From Bugula neritina (Eukaryota > Animalia > Bryozoa): 64,000 bases of DNA. The notes under the pieces were generated by a model. The model searched no databases. It saw only the letters and a program-made list of their open reading frames with translations, and was not told where the DNA came from. Positions 1 through 11,794 of this stretch are shown here, piece by piece (the stretch's first letter is position 1; each line of letters begins with the position of its first letter). The DNA lies in assembly GCA_964035545.1 (NCBI GenBank), contig OZ037768.1, positions 9,208,741-9,272,740 of the forward strand, read 5' to 3'. A program made the position numbers and the translations under genes.

Positions 1-9
1 GAATAGTAA

Positions 10-353
10 GCCTAGGGCCACACGGTGCGTATTTTCGCATGCGAAAATTGAAATCACAAGTAGCAAAGGTGTCCACTGTAGCGTCAGTGATGCGTGATAA
101 ATAAAGCTTTCATTTTTAAATCGCACTCGCTTTCAATAAAACGCAATTTACTGGAATGTAGCACTAAAATAAAGAAGTTGGGCTCGCTGAATAACTATCA
201 GCCAATTAGGTGACGACGACAGAGACGATTCGCACTTGCGTTGAGAATGCAGAGCGACAAGTGCGAAGGTTTTCTCAACGCGCACAGTGGACACCTTTGC
301 TACTTGTGATTTCAATTTTCGCATGCGAAAATACACACCGTGTGGCCCTAGGC
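10..353. mobile_element. MITE with ~60 bp TIRs and TAA target duplication (PIF/Harbinger-like), copy 1
   Basis: Left GCCTAGGGCCACACGGTGCGTATTTTCGCATGCGAAAATTGAAATCACAAGTAGCAAAGGTGTCCACTGT is mirrored at ~283-353; TAA at 7-9 and 354-356; no coding capacity. Confidence 0.85.
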
Positions 354-356
354 TAA

Positions 357-732
357 AAGTAGGGGCACACAGTGCGTATTTTCGCAGCCGAAAGTTTGCA
401 TTACAAGTAGTGCATTCTGAACGACAAGTTCAAATATTTTCTGTCGTCGTCCCCTAATTGGCTGGTAGTCACTTAGCGAGCCCACTTTTCTTAATTAGGT
501 GCTACATTCCATTACAATGCGTTTTATTGAAAGCGAGTGAGATTTAAAAATGAAAATTTAATTTATCCCGCACATGTAGCCATAGCAACAAGGCGAGGAG
601 TAAAGTTGAACGCAAATATTACTAGCTAGTAGTGTTTCGATTTCACTGACGCTACGTTTCGTACAGTGAACACCTTTCCTACTTGTAGTTCAAATTTTCG
701 TCTGCGAAAATACGCACCGTGTGGCCCTAGGC
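357..732. mobile_element. Second, more diverged copy of the same MITE in opposite orientation
   Basis: Same TIR (...CGAAAATACGCACCGTGTGGCCCTAGGC then TAA at 733-735); interior 440-560 is the reverse complement of interior ~105-220 of copy 1. Confidence 0.8.
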
Positions 733-771
733 TAAGAGATAGAGTACAAGAAAAGCAAATATAATACAAAC

Positions 772-3700
772 CTGAGCATTGGCTAGATGAAAGCAGTAGT
801 CTGTCATTCAAAGCAAGAGCTAGCTCAACGTCCTTGTCCAATGATATAGCTATCGGGTTGGCTTTCTCACTCAGTCTCATCGCATCTTTGAATGAATGCA
901 TCACCAACTTAGAATCTTTACCTCCACTGATGAACTCATGGGCATCCTTCCAAATAATACCTAAACAGAGCACAGTTCCCCATAAGCAAACCAATTCCTT
1001 TTTGAAAGATGATATACTTTGCTAACCCAGCTCTGGGGATGAAAAAACTATTATAATGTCATATACATGCAACAAACAGAAGAGTGGCACTTGAAGCATA
1101 AAAAAAGAGTTGTGACGCTGAATACAGTGTGAAAGAAAGACATTCAAAACATTTTGGAAAAATTAAAATAATAAACTGCTTAAAATAAGTGCTGCGATTT
1201 TGTCATTCACTGTAATAATATTATGTTACTTTAAAGTGCGTCAGTATGAATATAGTAGTTGCAAATTGTCATTAAAAACTCAATAAGCTATCTTAAATAA
1301 TTTAAATTTGCTATTTTTATCAATAACTGTTTTTTAATTTTCAACTTAATTACTTAAAGTGAAAAAAGGATTTCAAAGTTGGAACTTGTAATTGCTGCAC
1401 CATAAATAATGCTAGAAAACTTTCCTAACTTACTCGTTACAACATCGCTGTGTTCTGTAAAAGTGGCAAAAGGAATTGAGGGACGAGTGAGTTCCCAAAC
1501 ATTCACACCCAAATCAAATGAATTGACAATACTGGCTATTTGGTTTGAACGTTTAGGCCTCCATCTTACTTTGGCCAACGGAGCTATAGTCTGTATGCCG
1601 TGTGTCTGTATCTTGGAATGCTGTCCAGTCATAACTGATTGAGGTAAGCTCCACACCTGCATCATTATCTGTCATTTAATCTCTATGCCAACAATCAAGA
1701 TCAAAATGTACAGGACTGTTTAGCTTATTCTGTTTTCAAAGCAATACTTGCCCATAAATTAGATATGATAATAATAATTATTATATACCAATGACTGAGA
1801 GTTTCATCTCATGTGTACAAACATGCAATATTATATTGACCAGCCCCCATTTCTCAAGAGACTATGAAGCTAAGATAAACCTAATCATTTACTCTGCATT
1901 AAAAACTCAATCAAATATTCCCTTCTAATCTGCCAATGTAAAAATGTGCTACTAGTATAATTACTTCAATTAGTAAACTTATTTGCTCAATATGTTCAAA
2001 CAGCAAGTTAAACTTTCAACATGTTTGATATGCCAACTACCTGAGTAACTGTCAATAACTAGAAATGGAGCATGGCATAGTGGAATAATCTAGGTATGCG
2101 AACTGTTAGAGATAAAACTTCACAAACTGCTTTACTCAACGTGGTAACAAACCACCTTAATCAGCTTATCTCTTCCTCCAGACGCAAGCTTATTCTTCTC
2201 GTCAGGATGGAAGTCTATAGTAAAGACTGGTCCATTATGTGCAGTAAACTCAAAGACATGAGAGGCTGGGTTGCGATAGTCCCATATCTACATACATGCA
2301 AACCTGCATTTGAAAACATGGAAAACAAAGAAAATTCATGGCAAAGCCGTTTTCAGTTCAGTAAAAATATATCCAGTGATGTTTTTGCTATCTAGAAAAC
2401 ATATACAAAATCGTACCTATAGTGATGCTGCATGTACATAAGTTAAAAAGCTAGAGCAGCATGGAGTAGAATTCTCCATGAACCACAAACAAAAAATTTT
2501 GTTTTATGCAATGAAAATGCTGAAAAACACAGCAAAAGGTCTCTGTGGTGATGATCACTATTTAGCTATTCAGGGAGTACACTTCTCATCTTTCAGTTTT
2601 ACGGTAATATTATGGAAAATAACGAGTGAGATTTAAAAATAACATTACAGTAAAGCCATTGGCAAATACAATTGTGTGAATAGTAACTCCTACAGCAGAT
2701 ATTTATGGCATACGGCTACTTTGTGGTGCATTAGCTTTATGTAACACAATTTAATGACCATCATTTGATATCAACTAAAAACAAAAACATATAAAACTTT
2801 TAAACCTCACAAGCACTTAACACTATAAAACATAAACTATAAACAAAAATTAAAATCAGTAAAGCTCTATTTTCTTTATAAGCCTATTCCCAGCAAATAA
2901 CTACCTGTATGCTTCCATTCTCTGTAGCTGCAGCAAAAATAAAGCACTGATTCGGCCACCACTGCACGTCATGCACAGAGACGGAAGGGAAAGTGTAAGC
3001 TACCTCACGCTTCCGAGTGTCCTTCAAATAAATTATTATGAGCAACTAAATAGTGAACACATTTTGCAACATGTGATCTTCAATTTTTAAATTATTAAAA
3101 CTAAACAAAAACAATATACTTTAAAAACAAAATTACTAACAAATATTTTGCACATTCCATCTTTGCCACCACTCAGCAAAAGGGACTCAGTGCTGTGAAA
3201 GGAGATGCCAGATGCTGCTCGTTCATGCAGTGGTGACACGTGATCTGCAACACACCAATACACAAACTAACAAAGTAGCATAGACAATTTTAAATATGCA
3301 ACATAATAGAAAAAAATTTAATACAAATTTTTGGCGTTGTTTTTATGTAAAATAATAAGCAGCTGAAGATTTAAAAATTCTATCCAGTTCAACTAACCTT
3401 GCTTTTGCTTCATTGGCTTGTTCAAGTCCCAAAACACAACATGTCCGTTGCTAGCAGCAGAGGCTAAGATGTTTTCGTCCCGAGGACTCCATACTATGTC
3501 AACGGCTACATAACTCAGAGTTGATCGATGAGCAGGTCGTAGATTATGGCGCTCCGTGAAATGATCGTCTTCGATACCAAATACTTTGAACACTAAATGG
3601 CAACATAAATAATACGTAAATAATACATGTGTATAGAAATAACTGGGACATTAAAAAACAACAGAACAAAGAGATGAAAAATAAAAATATATGCTCGTAA

Positions 3701-4289
3701 CTTTTGCATCACTATACCTTGGCGACCAACGCAAGCAACTAAAGAGAACTCCTTGTTGGCTGCCATACATGTTATCTCCGCCTTCACATCAATGCTAAAT
3801 GTCTTTGAAGCAGTAGGAACTATGAACATACATGAAAGTATATAACTCAGAAAACACAGAAGTACTGAAATCAAATGTCTGCAGAATATTATTCATGCTT
3901 TAATTCTTAAATATTCTGCCAGCATTTCTAATTATTAGCTTGCTCTGTCATAGCATTGTTAGGCAAAACCTCAGATGTCTAATTTCAATTTAAGTTTTTA
4001 TTATTTTATATGAAATGCCAAAAATATACTGTTGCTACTAAGGATACTAACAAAATGCTATCTTTGCTTGAAAAATTGGTTTGCTAACCAAAAGCTTTTC
4101 AACAGAATATTTGAAAGGTTAAAAGACAGCTCTCACTGGAATAAACTTAAAAATATTTTTAGAAACCCTTTTGATTGTAATGTTTGGGAACAAAATAGAA
4201 TAAAGAAAAACTGAGAACACTTGCATGAAACCTCCAGAACATATATTGCATGAATAAAACTCACCTTTTTCTGTAACAAACTTGTTCAT
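772..4289 (-). CDS. WDR24: WD repeat protein 24 (GATOR2 subunit), 5' part; gene continues beyond the left edge
   Basis: Exons ~4289-4265, 3819-3718, 3592-3398, 3244-3141, 3021-2905, 2287-2156, 1656-1434, 960-772 join in phase. WD40 peptides: [114 protein letters not shown]; these match WDR24 as recalled. Confidence 0.9.
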
Positions 4290-4796
4290 GTTTGTCACTT
4301 TTTAATAATCAATAATATCAACAATGACCAACAGTACCAGCACCCCTGCAAAAATTAAAAGTCAAATAGTAGAGAAAAATTCTTTTATTTTACATCACTT
4401 AGCCAGTAACGATGTCATACAAATTGTTCGCCAAAAGTTTTAAACCACAAATTGTAGATAACACTTGGAGTATTATAGACAATATGCTTTCAGCTGAGAA
4501 AAGTTTTATTTTAACTTGACAAACACCACCAGGTTCCCAATATTATCTCTGATGCTAAGTATTCCTGTTATATTGACTTATTCTCTTTGAGAAGGTTGAC
4601 TGCTGGGAGTCACAGTACTTAACTTTATTGTAAGACAAAAAATAATTTAACAATTCAGTGTAAACTATTGGATCACAGTCAAGGGTGTGTACTCACTGCA
4701 TTACATCAATGGCAGCATCATGGTTATATTAAGAAAGAATTGAATATTCACATTATTTACCAGATCTGAGCAGAAGAAAATAGCGAATAAAATTTA

Positions 4797-4800
<4 letters not shown>

Positions 4801-4868
<68 letters not shown>
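4801..4868. repeat. (AT)n microsatellite
   Basis: Pure AT dinucleotide run of ~68 bp. Confidence 0.97.
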
Positions 4869-4873
<5 letters not shown>

Positions 4874-6253
4874 TAATGAACGATAAAATTTGATTTAAAA
4901 CACTTTATTACTACTAGTTTCATGTGCATAGAATGTACACAATCTTCAGATAAAATGTTAAGATGTAATATTAGCATTTACTCTAAGCTCACACAGAGCC
5001 TGAAGAATGTTGGCTCTTCAATGTTGTAGTTGAAAGGTTAGTAATGTAGTTGGCAATTACAAATCAGTGATGAACATCTGTTATACGATATGTGTGTGCT
5101 TTACTGAGCATATGGAGTACTACCAGTGACTCATACAAAAATATTAACATATCTTACAGTTACGACTAACCTTTTATAGAGAACCAGCTCTTCTATTTGA
5201 CTGATTATTTTCCAAATGTATTTCATTTACTAAAAATGGAAATCTATGTATTACAGCCCAGTCTACAAGGGTATTTACCAATCATTTTTTACAATCATAC
5301 ATATAAAAACTTGTGTTAGTACAACCAGATCAGCTTATGTTAGTCTACTTTTTAAATGAAAATATAATGTTTCATTGGCAGATATTAAAATTATATGCAA
5401 CTATTCTGATATTGTAGATTTATTCTCAAAATAACTCATATACATTTGGTTGAAATTCCAATTATACAGAGTGAACTTAGATTGAAACTTTCATTCAAGC
5501 AGAAAAAATCTAAGCAGTTACTAGTACCACAAATCTACTAAACTAAAAACTACAAGTTAAAAAAAACTAAAATTAAAGTGAAGTGTAAATTGATTCTGAA
5601 TTTTGATCTAATGATATTGTAGGTAATTTTACATTTAATGATTAAATATTAGTATTTTATTCACTATAATTCTCATTATGACTGTGAGCTCAAATTTATA
5701 TTCTAATTATAAGCAAAGTTTCATATTCTATTACATTTACACATATTCTAAATCATTAATGTTGATGAGAGTTGTATTCATACTGATATTCTTATTCGTA
5801 ATCATTGATATCATTATGAAATTAAATGCAATTATGATATTTAATAACACATTATACCCTTACTTCATAATTATCTACATTTAGGGTTAGTCTAACCCTA
5901 ACGTAACTAAGACTACCCATGACAGTAAGCCAGAAATTTAGAGCAAAAATAACTCTCATAGTGAGTACATACAGCTATGGCTAAATCAATTCACAACTGC
6001 AACCCTGAGATATTACTGTAACAAATGTTGGCTGTAAGAATTATAACTATAGTCTATAATTATGCAACATTCATTGTAACAATTGTGGATTACAATTAGA
6101 ATATAGCTTAGCTAGTAGTATTACTATTAGCCAAATAGTGACAGCTAACTTGCTGTGGTTGACTAATGACAAAGCATCGTACTACAAGCATTCAGATTAC
6201 CTGTCTGCCTGTATACTGAATTAGCTATTGGTCTAAGGATACAAAAGATTAGA

Positions 6254-6939
6254 TGGTTTCATCCCACTTAGACGATTCCCAGTTAGGCGATTCCCAGTTA
6301 GGCAATTTGCAATATTTCCCATTTAGACTATTTTTTAATTTTGGTACAATATATATAGTGATATACAAATATAACTGTTGCATTTACTGCTAAACATGAA
6401 ATAAGCTACCAAGCCAGCTATTTGCCTTAACTCAATACTAATTTAGCTACAGTTTATTTTATTTAGAATAACAGATAACAGAATAAAATGCACAAATGCA
6501 TTTCATGGTATATCACATACTGCTATGTCTTGTCTTGTCTTGTCTTGATTTAGTTCCAAGACCCCAAATAGGGGAAAGGTGGAACTATCGGATGTTCAGG
6601 TCTTTTTTTTATTAGTCTGCTAGTGTTTCTCCCGTGCGTAGTTCACGGGCTGTTCTAATGAGGAAGCTATGCAGGAACTTATTAGTATTACAGGATATTG
6701 AATTAAAAGAGTTACTGTCCCCAAAATATTACAACTTTTTCTTATACGTTGTCTATCTTTTACCTTTAAGTTTAAGGTTTGTGCAAGATGGTTTCTTATA
6801 GAAGCATTTTTACTGTAAGTGGCTTGCTGGTGGCTTCTTTGCTTTCTATTATGTGCTAAATAATAGCATAAAATACATATATTACACTAAAATCTATAAA
6901 TATCGTCTAAGTGGGAATCATCTAAGTGGGATGACACCA
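6254..6939. mobile_element. MITE with sub-repeated TIRs and 6-bp TSD (ATTAGA)
   Basis: Left TGGTTTCATCCCACTTAGACGATTCCCAGTTAGGCGATTCCCAG; right ATCGTCTAAGTGGGAATCATCTAAGTGGGATGACACCA; ATTAGA at 6248-6253 and 6940-6945. Confidence 0.8.
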
Positions 6940-7289
6940 ATTAGATTAAGGTTAGAGAATTTAACTTAGATTGTCAAGTAAGAAGGATGTATATTTAACA
7001 CAGTGGTAGAATTATGATAAATATGTTTTATTGTGCACAAAACATGTGAACTAGTAAAATAGTACAGAGACTAAGAATTAAATTAGTATATCTACATAAA
7101 AAATTAGCTATTTAGCTGAAAGCTGTTCACAGTTTCTTTTCTAAAAGATTGTATAGCAACAATCACAATGCTATCATACAACAAAAAAAGCACTAACTAA
7201 ACTTAAAGTATAATTACAATGACCATGGTTATAAATTGAAAAGTCTAAAGTGTTAGCTAAGAGTAATTTAGTTTTATAGTAAGTTATAT

Positions 7290-8860
7290 TTTCACTTCGG
7301 GAGCATACTAATACTTGTAACTATAGAGTATTATAGTGTACTATAGTTTAAGTTATACTTATACTTATAGTTATTATAAACAATCATTAGAATTACCACT
7401 AGTACTACTGTACTAGTATTATAGAGCTATAGTTATGCTACTTAAAGTTAATCTTATACTTATAGTAATACTAATAGTTATACGGAATCACTTATAGTTA
7501 TAGTATTAATTATTATTAATATTAAATTATAAAGACCATAAGCCATAAGGTATAAGGCATAGACTCTATCACATTCGCTGATAGTGATACTCATACTTGA
7601 TACTGATTTACTTCGACTCTGAGAGTGATAGTCATAGACTTTCAGTTTCACTTAAACTTCGAGCTACACTTACAGTTACACTTACTGAGTTACTCAGTTA
7701 CTGTTACTGTTAAGTGTTAGACGTCGTCGTCTGATTTTGCACTTGCAGCGCTATTTTAAAATTGAACATTATATTTTGATTTAGTCATTAGTGATTTACT
7801 TTTACTTACTTTTACTTTTAGTTTTACTTTTAGTTTTAGTGATTAGTATTACTATTAGTAAAATTAGGGATTACATTATTCTTGTCATAGTAACCCCAAT
7901 TACAACAATAATTGTAAATTTTACCACACTCACAGTGGCTGGTAGTGGGGCAATTGAAAAAAGAAAATTGTATTATAGTATTAGTGTTACTATTAGTGTT
8001 ACTATTAGTATTAGTATTACTATTAGTATTACTATTACTATTAGTATTAGTTGGATTTGGTTACACTCCATCTTTGATTTGGGATTACCCAATTCTTAGG
8101 CATATAAAACGAGTTAACAACATGAGGGGGGGTAACACTAATTCTATAAATTATGGCGCTTTTGCTAGGTCAAGGCTGATAATGAATGCATAAACATTGT
8201 ATATTTGGAGCCTAAATTAGAAAGTAGGCGTGTTTTATTTAAGCTACCATTTTAAATTTGTATGGTACTACCCACTGAACTGAAACTATAATAGTTATAG
8301 TTCAATGGTACTACCTGTTCAAATTCACCTTATTAGAGCTTCTGCTTATGCTGCAAGTAGCGTTTTCATCGTATATAATAGAGTTTGCAGTAGTAGACAA
8401 GGATTCTTTTTATTTTTGTCATTACTGATTACAGTTTTAGTTTATGGTTAGTGAATTATATTTATAGTAAACAATAAATGTAATTGTTGAGAATTTAGAT
8501 TATTACATGATGATGAGGTGATACTCATACTGATTATCATTGTATTAGTTTCAACGTTTTACAATACTGATACAGTCATTATTTATACTTATACTTATAA
8601 CTTATAAGTTATAGTTAATGTTATACTTATACTTATAGTTATAGTTATACTTATAGACTCAGACTGAGTCTGAAGTTCAAGTTGAACTCATACTCATAGT
8701 AATGTATCATACTGTCACTGTCAGACATCAGTATGATTATCACTACCAGAGCCAGTATCAGTATGAGTATCAGATTCACTTGCAGTATCACTGTATGTTT
8801 ATACTAATAGTAATACTAATACTAATAGTTATAGTAATACTCATACTGATACTTTTGGGA
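7290..8860. repeat. Degenerate 6-mer low-complexity tracts (TAGTAT/AGTTAT/ACTATT) in the divergent WDR24-MPLKIP upstream region
   Basis: e.g. TATTAGTGTTACTATTAGTGTTACTATTAGTATTAGTATTACTATT at ~7970-8050; similar at 7300-7520, 8580-8660 and 8800-8850. Confidence 0.75.
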
Positions 8861-9346
8861 CTTTACAAAAGCTAGGAAAGCTTTTCCATAATACATGATA
8901 GTTTTTCACATATCATCTCAGCTATATTATGCTTTTCCACTTTCATTATAGCTAATACACAAAAGCTAATTTTTTTATTACTATGACTATGAGTATGAAG
9001 ATCCAGCAGTTTTTCTCTTATCCAGACTTGCATCTCACACTTGTACTGGCAACTTATAACTCGTTAGATAACCTTTTTTTAAGTTGCTATTTCTTCAGTC
9101 TGCTACTATAATAAATATTTATTTCTCTAACTTAAAACACAACAGATGCTCGTACTGATACTGCCTTTAGTTAAAAGTTGTTAATGTTATACTTATACTG
9201 TTATAGTTTTAATTGTACTTGATTTTATTTTTATACTTACATACTATGGTTAAACCTAATTTTAATCATTGGCTTTAAGTATTACTTGTTAGTTATTACT
9301 AATAACAGTAATACTATTAGTATTAGTACTACTTTTACTCTTAGTG

Positions 9347-9721
9347 GTGATATTGACTAATGCACATTAATATTAAAGTTGGTTAAAACTGCAGCCATTT
9401 GGTGTAACAGATTTTGAGATTATGTTTTCTTTGCATATACATATATATGTGCATGAATTCCTATGTCCGAGTCGGGCACCCGATTCGGAGGACTGGACGC
9501 CCAAATTCGGATTGAATATTCTAAAGTATAAAATGGCTAGCTCGCCCGCATAAGTTCAGTGTACTGCTGGAGCTCAGAGGGAACAAGACTTATAGACATA
9601 TACTTATACTTTTCTTGGAAGCTATTTTGTAGACATCTTCTAACTGGAATCGCCTTCTCTTTTCTCTCAACAAAGAGTTATGTTCACTAGTTGAATTCTT
9701 ACACACCCACAAACTATCACA
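9347..9721 (+). mobile_element. Degenerate solo LTR, same family as 24387-24749 and 28886-29315
   Basis: 3' end TCTCTCAACAAAGAGTTATGTTCACTAGTTG..CCCACAAACTATCACA matches the other copies; TATAAAA followed by ..CTGGAGCTC; 5' boundary and TSD uncertain. Confidence 0.6.
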
Positions 9722-10440
9722 ATATTATCATATGATGTTGATAACTGCTAGTTCAACTTCATAGGCCTAGGGAAAGCATAGATCTTGAGTTAAACTTCAA
9801 GCCAACTGCCAAATTGAACTCGAACTGAAACAGTAGTCAGGTACTATTGACACTCGACTGGAATAACAATACTGATACATGTTGCTAATTGATATAAGAA
9901 TATTTATCATTATGTATATAATTCTTTTAGTATAAGCAATTCTAATTAACGTATTAGTATTAATATTAGTTATTAGTATTACTAAATATTACTATTAGTT
10001 AATTACTAAGTATTATGATTTATTAAATTAGACTTTGTTGATTACTATCAGTAAAAGTAAGGGTAATAGTGTGATTGCAAGTATTGCTTTAGTAACAATT
10101 GATGTATCACATATAACTATAATGTAACTTATATTATGTCCATAATTATTATATAACATGGTATCAGTGATACTAATAGTACAATTGCTTTTCTATTATT
10201 GATAATAAATATATAAGGTAATTATTATAATATTGGCCATTTTTCTATTTGAACTTATGGTTATAATCATAAAATTTTCAATTGCAAGTTTTGATTTGCA
10301 CAATCATTCAAGGTGTATGAATCAATTCAGAAATTGTATTAGATTTTTATTAAATATTTGTAGACATGTTGATATTTTACAGATAGCTAGCAGCATCCAT
10401 ATAATTAGAAACATTGAATTTGACATTATCTAGTCTTATC

Positions 10441-11495
10441 ATGAGTGGCTGGCATGGACATAACAACTTTTACCCAGGACAATCACCACGGCCTAACAGG
10501 CCACCTATGCAATACTTTACATCTGGTTCCGATACCAGTGGGACACCTCCAAACCGATTTAGAGGTTCAACACCAAACAGAATGGGACCTCCAAGAGTTC
10601 AGAATCCTAACTTTGTTGCATCACCTCACAGTAGTCAATACAGTTCGCCATACTTTACATCTGGTTCCGATACAAGTGGGACACCTCCAAACCGATTTAG
10701 AGGTTCAACACCAAACAGAATGGGACCTCCAAGAGTTCAGAATCATAACTTTGTTGCATCACCTCACAGTAGTCAATACAGTTCGCCATATCAAGACAGG
10801 CCTAGACCATCATATTTCTCATCCCCTGGAACACCACAATATACTCCATCACCTAGATATACTCCTTCACCAGTAAGAGCTAGAGGTAGAGCAACACCCA
10901 ATACTTCATATAACCGAAGTCCTGGAAATTCATCTTGGGTAAGCATGCCATTTACCTTTTATTGTGAATTATAAAATTTTGCATCACTCAATTGCTGTTG
11001 ATTAGGGATAAAAACAGCCTGTGGCCTATAGAAGTTGCATTCTATTGATATTGAAGAGTTATGCCACCGTGTATTTCACCTTAAATTAACATCCTGGTTT
11101 TCCGATTAAAATTTTTAATGAGTACTATTACTAGCATCTCTGTTATTTAATCATTATGGCTTACCAATTTTAACCAAGATAATAGTATCAGGTACACTGT
11201 AAATTGGGAAATTTACATTATGAAAAAAATGCTTTAAAAGTTTTTCTTTATACAACATTTATAGTAGACTTTTGCTCTTCTAGTTGATGGTATTTATTTC
11301 TGTAGTGTAGACATTTTTAGATTATATCATACTAGTTCAGTAAGCTTCAAATTATTTAAAATGTGTCTGGTAGCAGAAATCCATTAGGTGATATAATTGT
11401 AGAAACAGCAAGATCAGCGATTGCCTGCACAATCTTACTTTAAAAGAGATATGCTGACAGACCCGTGGGAAAGGCTGGAGCCTTATTTAATGTGA
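10441..11495 (+). CDS. MPLKIP: M-phase-specific PLK1-interacting protein (TTDN1)-like
   Basis: Exon 10441-10938 (TGG|GTAAGC) is Pro/Ser/Gly/Arg-rich with many S/T-P sites; exon 11403-11495 encodes KQQDQRLPAQSYFKRDMLTDPWERLEPYLM*, matching the recalled family C-terminal motif Y(F/Y)KxxMLxDPW. Confidence 0.8.
10513..10788 (+). repeat. Intra-exonic 138-bp (46 aa) tandem duplication
   Basis: Copies start at 10513 and 10651; only two differences seen (ACC/ACA silent; CCT/CAT P>H). Confidence 0.95.
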
Positions 11496-11794
11496 TGAAA
11501 TTAAAAACACTCTATATATAATAGAATTTTTGATATGATAAATATGTAATTTGAAGATCTCTGAGATTATTACTTGTATGATGATACCATAGACATTTTT
11601 TTCAACAGCTGAATAATTAACTGCTAGCTTTATTTTTCAACAATCTATTGTAGTAATTACCTGGTAAAAATATAAATTAAAATAAAATATGTTTCTATTA
11701 TAAATGTTATTGATTTGATTATCTAAATTATATTTTTACTGGGATATAGTCACTATGTGGCAGTTGTAAAATTCATGAAGCGTAACTACTCGTT

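Noticed and set aside
7791-8193. Hydrophobic ORFs (ITITISI / LLLVLVL)
   Set aside because: Translations of low-complexity hexamer tracts.
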